From the IMG/VR virus record IMGVR_UViG_3300037418_001469: a stretch of 64,000 nucleotides of DNA; one strand, written 5' to 3'. The DNA is from a virus. Position 1 is the stretch's first letter, and each line of letters begins with the position of its first letter. The notes under the pieces were generated by a model, which ran no database searches, had not been told where the DNA came from, and saw nothing but the letters and a program-made list of their open reading frames with translations. The position numbers and the translations under genes are program-made. Shown piece by piece: positions 53,619 through 64,000 of the stretch.

Positions 53619-56600
53619 TTAGTAGGAAGTTCCTTTCCATGTGAGATTAGTAAACCTTTGGTCTCTTTTAACCCCTTCAATTGCTTTTTTAACTGCTGTC
53701 TCAACACTAGCTTGCAATGCCCCTGAATTTTGACCACCTTCAACATGAACAGTGATATTAAAATTAATATCTCCACCACTGCTATTGTTTGTTTGGCTAT
53801 TTCCACCAACTAGTGATGTTACCTGTTTATCTGTGAAAACTTTTTCACCTTGTCTAAGTACTGCATTTATTTCGTCAGGCTTAAGTCTGTTAGGACTAGA
53901 GAAGTTCATCATTCCTGCGATACCACCGTTATGATAAATATAACTCTTACCTACATAACCAGTTTTGCCTTTGTACTTGACATGTGCCCAACCGTCTTTA
54001 ACTCCTAAGTATTCTACTTTTGTACCTTTAGGTAGAACGCTTATTACATTGTTTCCTGTTTTGGCACTTGAACGGAAATTCAATGCTGTCTTAGTTGTTT
54101 TATAGGTTGTCTTCTTATCGTCCTTATTGTCATCTTTCTTGCCTTTATCATTAGAACTTGATTGAGTCTTGTGTATTTCTGCCCATGTCTTAGGACCAAC
54201 TATCCCATCTGCTGTCAATCCATGTTTCTTTTGGAACGCTTTTACAGCCGACTCTGTTTTAGGACCGAATATGCCATCTTGAGGAACTCCTACAGCTTTT
54301 TGGATTTCCTTAACATCTGCACCTGTGTCTCCTTTATTCACTGTTCCGTGTTTATGACCCGATGAACCACCTTTTGATGGAGCCTTTGGAGTATTAACCT
54401 TAGTGGAATCAGGTTTAGGTGTTGTGGTAGTACTACCTGTGCTAGGTGCTCCTGTGCCACCTGGAGCTGTACTACCTGGTGGTGAACCTGTTGCTCCTTT
54501 TCCTGATGTTCCACTAGGAGGACCACTAGGCTTATCTTTTTGAGGTGGGGTTGTAACTGTACCACCACCACTAGTAGGTGCGTCAGGTGAGCCTGCTCCA
54601 TTTTTACCAGTTGGGTCCCAATCTTTAACACCTTTACCCTTAGATACCTTGTATAACTCTTGGTCAATCTTGTATCCTTCAGGAGCATTAAATGTTTGGT
54701 CCTTCATGATATTGAACATGCCTTCAGTAGACGCTACTATTTCCTCGATTAATGGTAGGAATGGTGCTAGCATATTTTGTAGCTCTGTTCCAAAATCCTC
54801 GTTGTTGAACATATTAGCAATGTCGTCTGGATTTCCAGTAGTAGCCGCTTTTGTAACCTTAGAAATAAAACCATTAACTAAATCTAGAAGACCAGTATTG
54901 TTAAGTAGTGAACTAGCTAATGAAGAAGAAATTGCGCTAGCTATTGATTGTTTTACGCTATCAATAAATGCTTGTGCAGAATCCATATTACCTTGCATAC
55001 CACCTGATAATGCATTAGCAAACGCCTCTTGTATTCCTGATGATAGTGTATCGACCAATTGTATGGCGTTTTCTCTAGCCTCATTCTGAACATCACGAAG
55101 GTCATTCATCTTTTCCAAGTATTCATCTAGAGTCAAGGCTCCTGCTTTGAATGCTCCAACTACAGCAGAACGATACTCTTCTATTCCTGACATAAGTTGG
55201 TCTTGCAATCCTGCGATGATTTGAAGAGTGGCTAGTTCTTCATTAGCATCCATCTTACCACCATCTGCGACTTTCTTGGAAGATGCAGATTTAACACCAA
55301 CCTTATCTTTAACTATGCCTTTTTGAATCTCTTCTGACTTTTCCTTAGACAGATTACTTTCAGTAGTAACGGTATACTTTTTAGTTTTTTTATCATAAAT
55401 CAATGATGCTTCGACACCGTACTTATCATGTAATTTATCTTTAATCTTTTCAGCGTCTTTCTGTGAATAGCTACCACCTATTTGAGTCCTATAAGTATCG
55501 CCCATTTCACCGCTGTTGAGCTTAGATTTTGCAATACTAAGATTGTCTTTTGCTCGTTTTCTGTCTGAACTTGTTGTGTAAGCCTTTTGTTGGATATATC
55601 CATCAAGACCTTTTCCTGTCAATTCAAACATAGACTGAGCGTTTGCTAATCTTTTCTCCTCTAAGGCTCTTAGTTCCTCTTGAACTGCTACTGCCTCTTC
55701 AAGAACTGTATACCAAGCCTTAGTTCCCTCTGCAAAATCATTTAACACACCATTAATTTGAGACATTTTTTGGAACAAGATATTAATATCTTCTTGGTCT
55801 GCTGAACGCTTAGCAGATATATATCCACCTGTTCCTACTCCTGAATTTTGCCATACTTGACCAAGAATATTAGCCTTATTACGCTTAGTCATATAAGTGC
55901 TATTCATCTCGTTGAGTTCATTAGCAACACGCATATATTCAGGTGAGCCTGCTTCGCCTGATAAGCTTCTTAACTTGTCATATCCGCCTCTGATGTAGTT
56001 AATACCATTAACACTGTTTATTCTAGGGTCTGCGAGTTGCTTTGTATTTAGTTCTTTATCCCACTCACCCAATTTCTTGTTAGTCTCAGTGAGTGTCTCA
56101 ACCAACTTGTCGATAGCTTTTACAGCATTACTATACTCTTTGTATTCATCTTTGTTACCTGCCTTCAAAGCCTTGTTAGCTAATTCTACATTACTTTTAC
56201 GAGCAGTTCCTAGTTGCTTTAATTGTTCTACAGTTTCATATCTTTTTTGGTAGACAGTCTCTCTCTCCTGTATAACCCTATCTGCAACTGCTGTTCTACC
56301 TGATGTACCTAGTGGGTCTCTGATATTTCCTGCACCATAAGTCATGTTGGCATCTTTGTAGTATGCATCTTTTAGAAATTGTGGATTTTTTAAATCTGCC
56401 TCCGCTTGCATAGATTCAATGAAACTTCCTATCATAGCTTTCACTATGTCAAGATGGCTAGCTTCACCCTTAGTTATGCTAGTAGTTCCGTTAGCAGTTA
56501 TATTTTCATATACACCATCATATCTTTTTGCTCCAACATAATCTTTATGAGCATTTACACTAGTCAACTTAAGTGGCTGTCCACTTGAAGTCATGTTGTA

Positions 56601-59600
56601 CATCTTGCCATCTCCTGCATACATACCAACATGAGTTACTTTTCCGCCACTACCGAAATATATTAAATCTCCTTCTTTTAGTTCGGATTTGCTAACCTTC
56701 TTACCTTTATTGTCATTCCACATCATGTTTGATGAGCCTGTTCCTAGTTCGTATTTTCCAAATTCTCTAAAGAAATGTTGTACGAAACCTGAACAATCAG
56801 CCTTAGCTTTCTTTATAAAACTATCCCAGTCACCTGAGTCGTGACCACCACCCCACACATAAGTCAAACCTCCTTGAGATGGAGATTTTCCAACCATTCC
56901 TGCTAACATAGATAGAGGATTTCCAGAACTTGATTTAGATGATGTTGATGATGTGCTTGATAGTCCTAGTGAACTCCAAGTTTTATTTCCAACTATTCCA
57001 TCGGCATCTAAACCATGACTCTTTTGATATTTCTTTACAGCTTTCTCTGTTCCTGAGCCGAATATTCCATCAGCAGAAATACCAAGTGCTTTTTGCAATG
57101 CTTTAACATCGTCGCCTTTTGAACCTCTTCTGACAGTGCCACGACTACTGCTTACTGCTGTACTACCTCCTTTACCTGAGCCTGCATTAATTGATTGACC
57201 ACCAAGTAAGGCATCTTGAGAAATACCTGTCATACCTGAATAATATTTAGATACTCCACTTTGCCAGTAGTTGTTTAGACCATTAGGGTCATTATCTGCA
57301 CCAGATGGTGCATACTTCCTTTGAATTTCAGGAATAGTATTCAATCCTTGGTCAAAGTATAGTCTTTTCAATAAACTAGCTAATGCCTCTATCCCTTCAT
57401 CTAGAGATGCGAAGTTTTTAAGACCATTACTACCCATGATTCCGCCAACATTATTTCTATCTCTTACTGCCTTAGAGGTACCATTTCCAGTTTCATGCAT
57501 AGCAATTGCGGCTAGCAATCTAGGGTCAATGCCATATTGTGCTCCATATTTAGTAAAGGTATTTCCGTATCCTGCTAGCTTACCTCCTAGTTTACCATCA
57601 ATAGTCTTAGAATATTCAGAAACAGATGCATTGTTAGATGTTTCAGTAAGACCATTATTTACAGTAGTCTCTAATTCTTTACTAGACATTGACATTACTA
57701 GTTGCTTTCTAGCATTCACATATCCTGCTGTTCCTTTTTTGTAACCCATCTGTTCTAGATATGCATCTATCTTTTTATCCATTGGAGAGTCTTTAGTAAC
57801 ACCACTGCCATTATATGAAGGTATTTTCATAGCGTTGTTAAATGCCTCAGTTTGACCTGAGATAGAATCAGGATTTGATGCGGATTCCATAGCGAATTGT
57901 GCCCAATTTCCTAATACAGTATTTAGAGAGTCTGCACCTTTTAGAATCTTATCTCCTGCCTCAGTGAAATCATTCTTGATTAAGTCTTTAAGTGGACTAA
58001 TAAAGGCTTTGTCAAACTCAGTTCCCATTGTCTTATTGATTTCGTTATAAGCCTCATTTAACTTATCTGCATCATCACCATATGTATTTAATGCTGACAT
58101 TAATTGCTCGTAGTTATCTAAACCTCTATCACGAATTGACTCTAGTTTGCTTTGTCTGATTTCGTTTACACCTTGACCAGTAACAGCACTTCTCACTTGA
58201 GATAGTGAATCAACCATTGCCATGTCATTCTTCATATTGAATATTTCTTTATTAGCATCCTTAACTAGCTGAGTTCTATTTTGAACTCTTTCCCATACAT
58301 CAGCATACTTATCAGAATTTAACACCATTTCTTTTAGTTGTTGTGCTTGCTCGTATACATCTACTGTAGTTGATGATACGCTATCTTGAATTGATGTTTG
58401 TTTTTCCAAAAGTTCTTTATATGCAGATTGTTGTGCAGTTAATCCTTCTTCACCTGGATTATACAGATAGTTTAACGAGAAGTCTTGACCTGGGTTTTGT
58501 GATGCTATGCTATTCATTTTACTAGTAACAGAGCTAAGCTCTGCTCTATATCCCTTTAGCAATTCGGATGATACTTTAATCATGCTACTTTGAGCACCGA
58601 TTTGTTCTTTTGAATTAGGTTCAGCCATTTGTACCATAGCTCTACCTGTACCAACAGCACTATTTATCTTAGATATCTGAGCCTCCATAATTCCAATGCC
58701 ACTAGATGCCACTAATAGTTGTGCAGTATATTGTTTAATTGCATATTCTTGCTGTCTGTATGCCTGCTCTTGTTGTAAGCTAATATCAGTAAGACTATCC
58801 AACGCATCAGTACCACCTGCTAGCTTCATAACAAATTCAGCTATGCCCTTTAATATATATGCCTCATTCATCTTTGTTTGAACTTGTTCGTCAGTTAATC
58901 CTAAACCGTCACCTTTTTCTCCTTTTTTAGGTTTTGGTTTCTTCCATCTTTCGATATCTGCATCAGAAGGTGCTTGATAATTATCTAAAAATTCATCTGT
59001 CTTGCCTGATTCTTTAGCTTTCAAGTATTCTAGGTTAACTTCATCAATTTGCTTTTGAGTAATGCCATTTTTCATTGCTGTGTCTATGTATTTCGACATG
59101 TCATTCTTAATTGAACCAACATTAGCCTCAACTGCATTTTTTCTATCTAGCATTTTTGCTCTTTCGTCAGAAATTCCACCTAGACTTTGTTGAGTTGCAT
59201 TAATTTTTTCTTTTAGAGAGGCAATTGAATCAACACCGAAGAATTTAGCATCAATATTTTCAATATTAAATCCTAGGAGTTTCATAGCTCTACCAATCTC
59301 TTTTGTAATTTCTTGTGTCTTAAGTAGTTCGTCGTTATACTCTAAGACATAGTTAAGATTGGTCTCCCATTGGTTTTTAATTTCTAATGATTCATCCCTA
59401 AAACCATTTTCTCTATATGCATTAAATTTATCCATTTGCTCTTTGTCGCCTAGCTTTGCTGTGTATTCCTTCTTGGACATTTTTCCATCTTTACCAAGAA
59501 GATGATACTTTACAAAGTCTTCTTTGTCTTCGCCACTGCCTTTTGAATAAAATTTTAATCCATACTCGTCTTGGAATTTTTTTCTACCTTCGGAAATTCT

Positions 59601-62600
59601 TTTGTTCCTTTCAATAGCCTTAGTGCTCATATCAGTTCCCATAATTGACGCATTTTTGCTTTCTTTCATGAACTGAATGTTGTCTAGTATAAAATGGTCA
59701 ATCTCAGTGTTCTTCTTTTTAGATATTTCTTTATCGCCTAACATAGCCTTGGAATTTTCTTGAAGATTTTTGTTTTGTGTTTTGTAATCTGAGTCAGCTT
59801 TCTTTTTTGCATTATCAATTACTTTATTAACAACCCACCAAGCAGTTGCTAATGCACTACCTATAACAAATAATCTTGACAGTATCAACCCAAAACGATA
59901 AAAAGAAGGACCCATTTTCTTGAACCATTCACCAAACGCTTTTAAAGCACCGCCACTTCTTTCAGCTACTCCTGCTCCTGCTCTCCTCATGCCACCATTT
60001 CTAAATGATGCTATCATTAAAGCATCACCAATAAAATTACCTACACTACCAATAGCCTTTCTTCCGCCACTAGCTACACTTCTACTAGCATTTGATATAT
60101 TTCCACGAATAATGGTTCCTCTGCTAGGCATAGGACCGTCTTCGAGTTCTCTGAGACCTTGTTGCATAGCTATACGATTGCTTCTAAATATTCCTTGAGC
60201 ACCATATCTTCCATAGAAAGTACTTACATCTCTAGAACCAACTGGCATAACTCTTGGGTGAGGTGTTCCGCCTAATATAGGCATGCTACCTAAAATATTT
60301 GTAGCCATGATAGCATTGTTAGGGTTCATAACTCTTGGGTGAGGTGTTCCTCCTAATACAGGAATACTATTTACTTTTCTACTATTAGTAGTTCCTACAG
60401 GAATCATTGGTAGCATATTACTAGCAATAATAGCACCATTTTGAGCAACCGTAGTTGCAACTTTAGGAGCAACTCTAGATGTAGATATTGGAATTGGAGC
60501 ACCTGATATTACTGTGCCTCCAACTGTGCCTGCAATCTGTTTGAATCCTGCTCTACGACCAGTTTTGCTTTGCAACCAATCTCCTATTGCTGAGCCTACT
60601 CCTGGAGTTAGTTTGTTGACTACAGTAGTTAAACCTTTAAATGCAAGCATTAATCCTGCTAGTTCCATAGCCATTTTAGGTAGGTTTGCAAAGATAGGCA
60701 AATTATCACTGAACACATCACTTAGTTTTTGCACAACACCTAGGACTCCGTTGATAGAACTAACGAATAGAGTTAATCCTTTCACAACTAAACCTATAGC
60801 ATCCATAAGTCCAAGTCTTGCTAATTGCTGAACCAATTCTTTAACTTGTTCACCAAGTTCCATAAAGTTTCTCTTTAGTGTATTTGAAAAAGTATCCCAA
60901 GATTTTTCTAATGCATTTGGGGTATCTTTATTTGCTTTATCAAACTGATTAACATAATCTGACGATATAGCTTCTAAAAACTTTGTCATTTTTGGTGTCA
61001 TAGCAGAAGACTTACCAGTAAGACCTGCCAATCCTTCTGCAACTTCGGCTTGGTCTTTTTGTAGAAGAGTTGGAAACTTAGCCATCACAGCATCAGCTAA
61101 TTTCTTAGGTGTGTTATATTCTTCTTTGCTTGGGTCAATATCCATTTTATCAAGTGCATTTTTAACTGTTGGATTGTTTGGTTTTGCTAAAGAACCAAAA
61201 AACAATTTACCAATCTGAGTCATATTAGCACCAGTAGCATCAACATCACTAAGATTATATGAACCTAACATACCTGCTACTAGTTTAGGGTCAATACCTT
61301 TCTTAATAGTATCAGGCGCTAGCTCTGACATGGCATCAGCAACAGCATTTGTGTTTACACCCTTACCCTTCATTATAGCCATATAATCTAATAATCTATC
61401 AATTTTACCCATATGGCTTGTTTCGCCTTGTGTATACATGGCTTGATATAGGGACATAACATCTTGAGAAATAGCACTTACTTCTTCTGCTGATGCATTG
61501 CCACCTGTTGAAACTGCCGAATATTGTATGATTTTATCGACCATTTGTTTTTGCATCTTAGGGTCAATTTTACCGTCTTTACCTTTAATTAGGTTAGTTC
61601 TCGCCAAAACTTGAGATTCAACAGGTAATACTGTTGACATAGTGCTAACTCCATATTTCTGACCAACATCAAATGCATTCTCTTGGATGGCTGTTCTTAT
61701 CTCATTTGAGCCTCTACCAAAAGACTTATAGGTGTTACTTACCGCACCAGTATTGAGATTTTGAGTAATCATCCCTACCTGAGCAAGTTGAGCATCAAAG
61801 TTAATCATATCTTGAATAGATTGAGCGATAGCTTGTGACATCATACGGAAACCACTAGTAAACAATGTGTAAACTCCAATATTTCGTAGCATGTTTCCTG
61901 CTAATGCTTTAAAACTTCTATCTCCACGCTCTACTTTATCTCCAAGGCTAGTATATTCATATGTCAATGTTCTAACAGAGCGAATATGTCCTTCGTCATC
62001 ACGATAATTAATTGCGTATGCTCTTTGGAAATTCTGTTTGTTTGCCTTAGCTTCAGCTTGATTTCTTGGATGAATCTGTTTATTTAGGATTTCTAGACTA
62101 TCAGATAGGCTAACATTTGGATTCCTTAATTGCGCTTCTAAGTCAATACCTCTGTATTCCTTACTGCCTCCGTAACGAATAATACCCTGATTATAGTCTG
62201 ATGACCTTTGTTGTCTTGCTGTTAGTCCATTATTTCCTGAATTAACATTAGCACTGAGTGATTGTCGTGCTTGCTGTTCTGCATTTTGTCTAGCTAATTC
62301 TCTTGCAGGGTGAAATTTAGGAAGACTACTAGCTTTACCCATAGGCATATTATTTAATTTTTCTTGTAACTTTATCGCCTGTTCAATCTGCCTAGTAAGT
62401 TGAGAGACAGGATGATTTCTAGACAAGTTACTAGCTTTACCAGTAGGAATACTGCTTAGTTTTTCTCCAAGATTTTTAGCCTGTTCCATTTGCTTGACAA
62501 GCTGAGAAACTGGATGGTTAGGATTCAGCTTTGTAGCTTTGCCTACAGGAGTACTATCTAATTTCTCCTGCATTTTTCTAGCCTGTTCCATTTGAGATAA

Positions 62601-63998
62601 TAGTTGAGATACATGGTGATTTTTAGGTAAGTTGCTTACTTTACCAGTAGGAACAGAACTTAGTTTTTCTTGTAGTTTTATAGCTTGTTGCATTTGGTTT
62701 ATAAGTTGTGTAACAGGGTGATTTGCATTCAGCTTAGTTGCTTTACCCATAGCTGTATTACTCATCTGTTCATTTAATTTTTGAACTTGCTTAGCTTGAG
62801 CAACTCTTTCATCCATAGCCCTTTTTGCGCTAGCTTTAGAGATTCCTTGTTTAGCATCGAAATTAGGGTCATAGTATGATGAGGTTCTCTTTCCCATATC
62901 AGCTAGATGAGAATGCAATCTCTCCATATCTCTTTTTTGCTGTTCAGCTTCACGCATTTGTTTTTCATAATTAGCTTTAGTAATTTGCTGTGAAACCTTT
63001 TGTTGACCAGTGGGATTATTTGCAATTCTAGTTAATGACCTTTGGATTTGAGGAGTCATGAAGCTTTCTTGACTCATTTTTTGTCTAGCTATTTCTGTAG
63101 CTTGCATAGCTCTTTTTAATTGACGAGCAAGAGTTTCCTGTTCTTTAATCTCTTTCATTAATTGTTGCTTGTAATCATTAGCACCAACTTTGAACTTAGA
63201 ACCATCCTCTTTGTAGCCATACATATCGCCACTTTTTGTTTTACTCTTTTTTGCTCTCTCTAATTCAGACCTTAGTCTACTTAATTCTGTCTCACCTTTA
63301 ATTTGTTCTTTAAGATTCTTAGCCCTCTGTTGGTATTGTTGGAAAGAATCAAAGTAGTCCCTTTTAGCCTCTTGTATAGATGTTTGCCTGCTTCTGTTGT
63401 TTTGCTGTTGAGAACCGCCATTAGCAGTTTGTGAGTTTCTTTGCTCTCCAAACCTTCTCATTCCTCTTGTGTGGTCTTGTACTGCACTAACACTAGCTTT
63501 TACCTCAGCCTTAATAGACTCAATTTGAGTCTTAACTGCTTTAATATCAGCCTCATTGAGCTTTAAGCCTACTGTCATTGTTGCTTTAGTACCGCCAACC
63601 TCTTTTTGTACTTTTGCTTTTTCTCCTGCACCGACATTGAGGGAGGTATTAATACTAACTGTCTTCTTGTCATTAGATATACTATTTAGTTCATTTTTAA
63701 GCGCACTAATACGACTCTGTAGTTTTCTAATACTAGATTCGTCTACAGAAACAGGAATTTTAATATGTGGGGCTTGGCTTTTGTTGTACCCATCTATTGT
63801 TCTTTTTACTTCACCTTGTAGTTTAGTAATATCAGCATTTACTGATAATGGAACTCTAATTCCATTGTTCTTATTATTGTCAAAGTGTTGCTTAATTTGT
63901 TTGTCTACTTCTTTTACCTGTGTCAATAGTTTATTTATTGAACCTGTATTTAACTGCAATTCCGTTTTTATAATATACTTAAAATTATCTTGAGCCAT
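53619..63998 (-). CDS. Tail tape measure protein with lysozyme/glucosaminidase-like, peptidoglycan-binding (x2), NlpC/P60 and SH3b domains
   Basis: 3459 aa, largely helical; YGIDPRLLAAIAMHETGNG...NNVGG; DVKALQKALG..ADGIFG; DCSGFV...GDLIYF...HVGMY; LNFRS...LPKGTKV...GWAHV..GKTGYV; HNGG/LRQGE tail. Confidence 0.92.
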   Translation of the reverse strand: MAQDNFKYIIKTELQLNTGSINKLLTQVKEVDKQIKQHFDNNKNNGIRVPLSVNADITKLQGEVKRTIDGYNKSQAPHIKIPVSVDESSIRKLQSRISALKNELNSISNDKKTVSINTSLNVGAGEKAKVQKEVGGTKATMTVGLKLNEADIKAVKTQIESIKAEVKASVSAVQDHTRGMRRFGEQRNSQTANGGSQQQNNRSRQTSIQEAKRDYFDSFQQYQQRAKNLKEQIKGETELSRLRSELERAKKSKTKSGDMYGYKEDGSKFKVGANDYKQQLMKEIKEQETLARQLKRAMQATEIARQKMSQESFMTPQIQRSLTRIANNPTGQQKVSQQITKANYEKQMREAEQQKRDMERLHSHLADMGKRTSSYYDPNFDAKQGISKASAKRAMDERVAQAKQVQKLNEQMSNTAMGKATKLNANHPVTQLINQMQQAIKLQEKLSSVPTGKVSNLPKNHHVSQLLSQMEQARKMQEKLDSTPVGKATKLNPNHPVSQLVKQMEQAKNLGEKLSSIPTGKASNLSRNHPVSQLTRQIEQAIKLQEKLNNMPMGKASSLPKFHPARELARQNAEQQARQSLSANVNSGNNGLTARQQRSSDYNQGIIRYGGSKEYRGIDLEAQLRNPNVSLSDSLEILNKQIHPRNQAEAKANKQNFQRAYAINYRDDEGHIRSVRTLTYEYTSLGDKVERGDRSFKALAGNMLRNIGVYTLFTSGFRMMSQAIAQSIQDMINFDAQLAQVGMITQNLNTGAVSNTYKSFGRGSNEIRTAIQENAFDVGQKYGVSTMSTVLPVESQVLARTNLIKGKDGKIDPKMQKQMVDKIIQYSAVSTGGNASAEEVSAISQDVMSLYQAMYTQGETSHMGKIDRLLDYMAIMKGKGVNTNAVADAMSELAPDTIKKGIDPKLVAGMLGSYNLSDVDATGANMTQIGKLFFGSLAKPNNPTVKNALDKMDIDPSKEEYNTPKKLADAVMAKFPTLLQKDQAEVAEGLAGLTGKSSAMTPKMTKFLEAISSDYVNQFDKANKDTPNALEKSWDTFSNTLKRNFMELGEQVKELVQQLARLGLMDAIGLVVKGLTLFVSSINGVLGVVQKLSDVFSDNLPIFANLPKMAMELAGLMLAFKGLTTVVNKLTPGVGSAIGDWLQSKTGRRAGFKQIAGTVGGTVISGAPIPISTSRVAPKVATTVAQNGAIIASNMLPMIPVGTTNSRKVNSIPVLGGTPHPRVMNPNNAIMATNILGSMPILGGTPHPRVMPVGSRDVSTFYGRYGAQGIFRSNRIAMQQGLRELEDGPMPSRGTIIRGNISNASRSVASGGRKAIGSVGNFIGDALMIASFRNGGMRRAGAGVAERSGGALKAFGEWFKKMGPSFYRFGLILSRLFVIGSALATAWWVVNKVIDNAKKKADSDYKTQNKNLQENSKAMLGDKEISKKKNTEIDHFILDNIQFMKESKNASIMGTDMSTKAIERNKRISEGRKKFQDEYGLKFYSKGSGEDKEDFVKYHLLGKDGKMSKKEYTAKLGDKEQMDKFNAYRENGFRDESLEIKNQWETNLNYVLEYNDELLKTQEITKEIGRAMKLLGFNIENIDAKFFGVDSIASLKEKINATQQSLGGISDERAKMLDRKNAVEANVGSIKNDMSKYIDTAMKNGITQKQIDEVNLEYLKAKESGKTDEFLDNYQAPSDADIERWKKPKPKKGEKGDGLGLTDEQVQTKMNEAYILKGIAEFVMKLAGGTDALDSLTDISLQQEQAYRQQEYAIKQYTAQLLVASSGIGIMEAQISKINSAVGTGRAMVQMAEPNSKEQIGAQSSMIKVSSELLKGYRAELSSVTSKMNSIASQNPGQDFSLNYLYNPGEEGLTAQQSAYKELLEKQTSIQDSVSSTTVDVYEQAQQLKEMVLNSDKYADVWERVQNRTQLVKDANKEIFNMKNDMAMVDSLSQVRSAVTGQGVNEIRQSKLESIRDRGLDNYEQLMSALNTYGDDADKLNEAYNEINKTMGTEFDKAFISPLKDLIKNDFTEAGDKILKGADSLNTVLGNWAQFAMESASNPDSISGQTEAFNNAMKIPSYNGSGVTKDSPMDKKIDAYLEQMGYKKGTAGYVNARKQLVMSMSSKELETTVNNGLTETSNNASVSEYSKTIDGKLGGKLAGYGNTFTKYGAQYGIDPRLLAAIAMHETGNGTSKAVRDRNNVGGIMGSNGLKNFASLDEGIEALASLLKRLYFDQGLNTIPEIQRKYAPSGADNDPNGLNNYWQSGVSKYYSGMTGISQDALLGGQSINAGSGKGGSTAVSSSRGTVRRGSKGDDVKALQKALGISADGIFGSGTEKAVKKYQKSHGLDADGIVGNKTWSSLGLSSTSSTSSKSSSGNPLSMLAGMVGKSPSQGGLTYVWGGGHDSGDWDSFIKKAKADCSGFVQHFFREFGKYELGTGSSNMMWNDNKGKKVSKSELKEGDLIYFGSGGKVTHVGMYAGDGKMYNMTSSGQPLKLTSVNAHKDYVGAKRYDGVYENITANGTTSITKGEASHLDIVKAMIGSFIESMQAEADLKNPQFLKDAYYKDANMTYGAGNIRDPLGTSGRTAVADRVIQERETVYQKRYETVEQLKQLGTARKSNVELANKALKAGNKDEYKEYSNAVKAIDKLVETLTETNKKLGEWDKELNTKQLADPRINSVNGINYIRGGYDKLRSLSGEAGSPEYMRVANELNEMNSTYMTKRNKANILGQVWQNSGVGTGGYISAKRSADQEDINILFQKMSQINGVLNDFAEGTKAWYTVLEEAVAVQEELRALEEKRLANAQSMFELTGKGLDGYIQQKAYTTSSDRKRAKDNLSIAKSKLNSGEMGDTYRTQIGGSYSQKDAEKIKDKLHDKYGVEASLIYDKKTKKYTVTTESNLSKEKSEEIQKGIVKDKVGVKSASSKKVADGGKMDANEELATLQIIAGLQDQLMSGIEEYRSAVVGAFKAGALTLDEYLEKMNDLRDVQNEARENAIQLVDTLSSGIQEAFANALSGGMQGNMDSAQAFIDSVKQSIASAISSSLASSLLNNTGLLDLVNGFISKVTKAATTGNPDDIANMFNNEDFGTELQNMLAPFLPLIEEIVASTEGMFNIMKDQTFNAPEGYKIDQELYKVSKGKGVKDWDPTGKNGAGSPDAPTSGGGTVTTPPQKDKPSGPPSGTSGKGATGSPPGSTAPGGTGAPSTGSTTTTPKPDSTKVNTPKAPSKGGSSGHKHGTVNKGDTGADVKEIQKAVGVPQDGIFGPKTESAVKAFQKKHGLTADGIVGPKTWAEIHKTQSSSNDKGKKDDNKDDKKTTYKTTKTALNFRSSAKTGNNVISVLPKGTKVEYLGVKDGWAHVKYKGKTGYVGKSYIYHNGGIAGMMNFSSPNRLKPDEINAVLRQGEKVFTDKQVTSLVGGNSQTNNSSGGDINFNITVHVEGGQNSGALQASVETAVKKAIEGVKRDQRFTNLTWKGTSY
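60246..60350. repeat. 24-bp exact direct repeat, 81-bp period (GTPHPRVM twice)
   Basis: cataactcttgggtgaggtgttcc at 60246 and 60327. Confidence 0.85.
62290..62760 (-). repeat. About five 33-aa repeats in the tape-measure N-terminal region
   Basis: GK(A/V)(T/S)xL..NHPV(S/T)QL..QM.QA.KLQEKL units. Confidence 0.85.
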
Positions 63999-64000
63999 TA

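Noticed and set aside
647-63993. All plus-strand ORFs in the track, and short alternative-frame minus ORFs (e.g. 9299-9574, 48273-48536, 54338-54688)
   Set aside because: They are shadows of long, well-supported minus-strand genes, with antisense-like composition and no recognisable motifs
1-64000. tRNA or rRNA genes
   Set aside because: The intergenic spaces are short and none showed a cloverleaf with a T-loop motif; a tRNAscan run would confirm

Overview
An AT-rich segment (roughly one-third GC by eye) of a large tailed-phage genome. The host is probably a Bacillota/Bacillus-like organism, judged from strong GGAGG ribosome-binding sites, sigmaA-type promoters and Gram-positive cell-wall enzymes. 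All credible genes lie on the minus strand. In transcription order (right to left) the modules are: (1) tail: a 3459-aa tape measure with cell-wall hydrolase domains, two paralogous Dit-like proteins, a hub protein, a 2812-aa multi-domain fibre, further fibres and two LamG proteins; (2) lysis: an amidase endolysin with four small membrane proteins; (3) PIN-PhoH; (4) replication and recombination: an initiator carrying a probable origin, RecA, DnaB, primase, SSB, DnaE, a sigma factor, a Cas4/RecB-like nuclease, ERF and RusA; (5) nucleotide metabolism: Gp49/66 protein, HD hydrolase, guanylate kinase, degenerate HD protein, HAD phosphatase, NUDIX, class II RNR and redoxins; (6) a patatin phospholipase; (7) a four-gene sugar-modification operon of two GT4 glycosyltransferases, an FkbM methyltransferase and an NDP-sugar nucleotidyltransferase. 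That operon is the best candidate for an uncharacterised system. Also notable: apparent avoidance of GATC and SCAGC/GCTGS, eleven similar sigmaA-type promoters, and a sigmaF-like promoter. All family calls come from motif recognition by eye; no searches were run.
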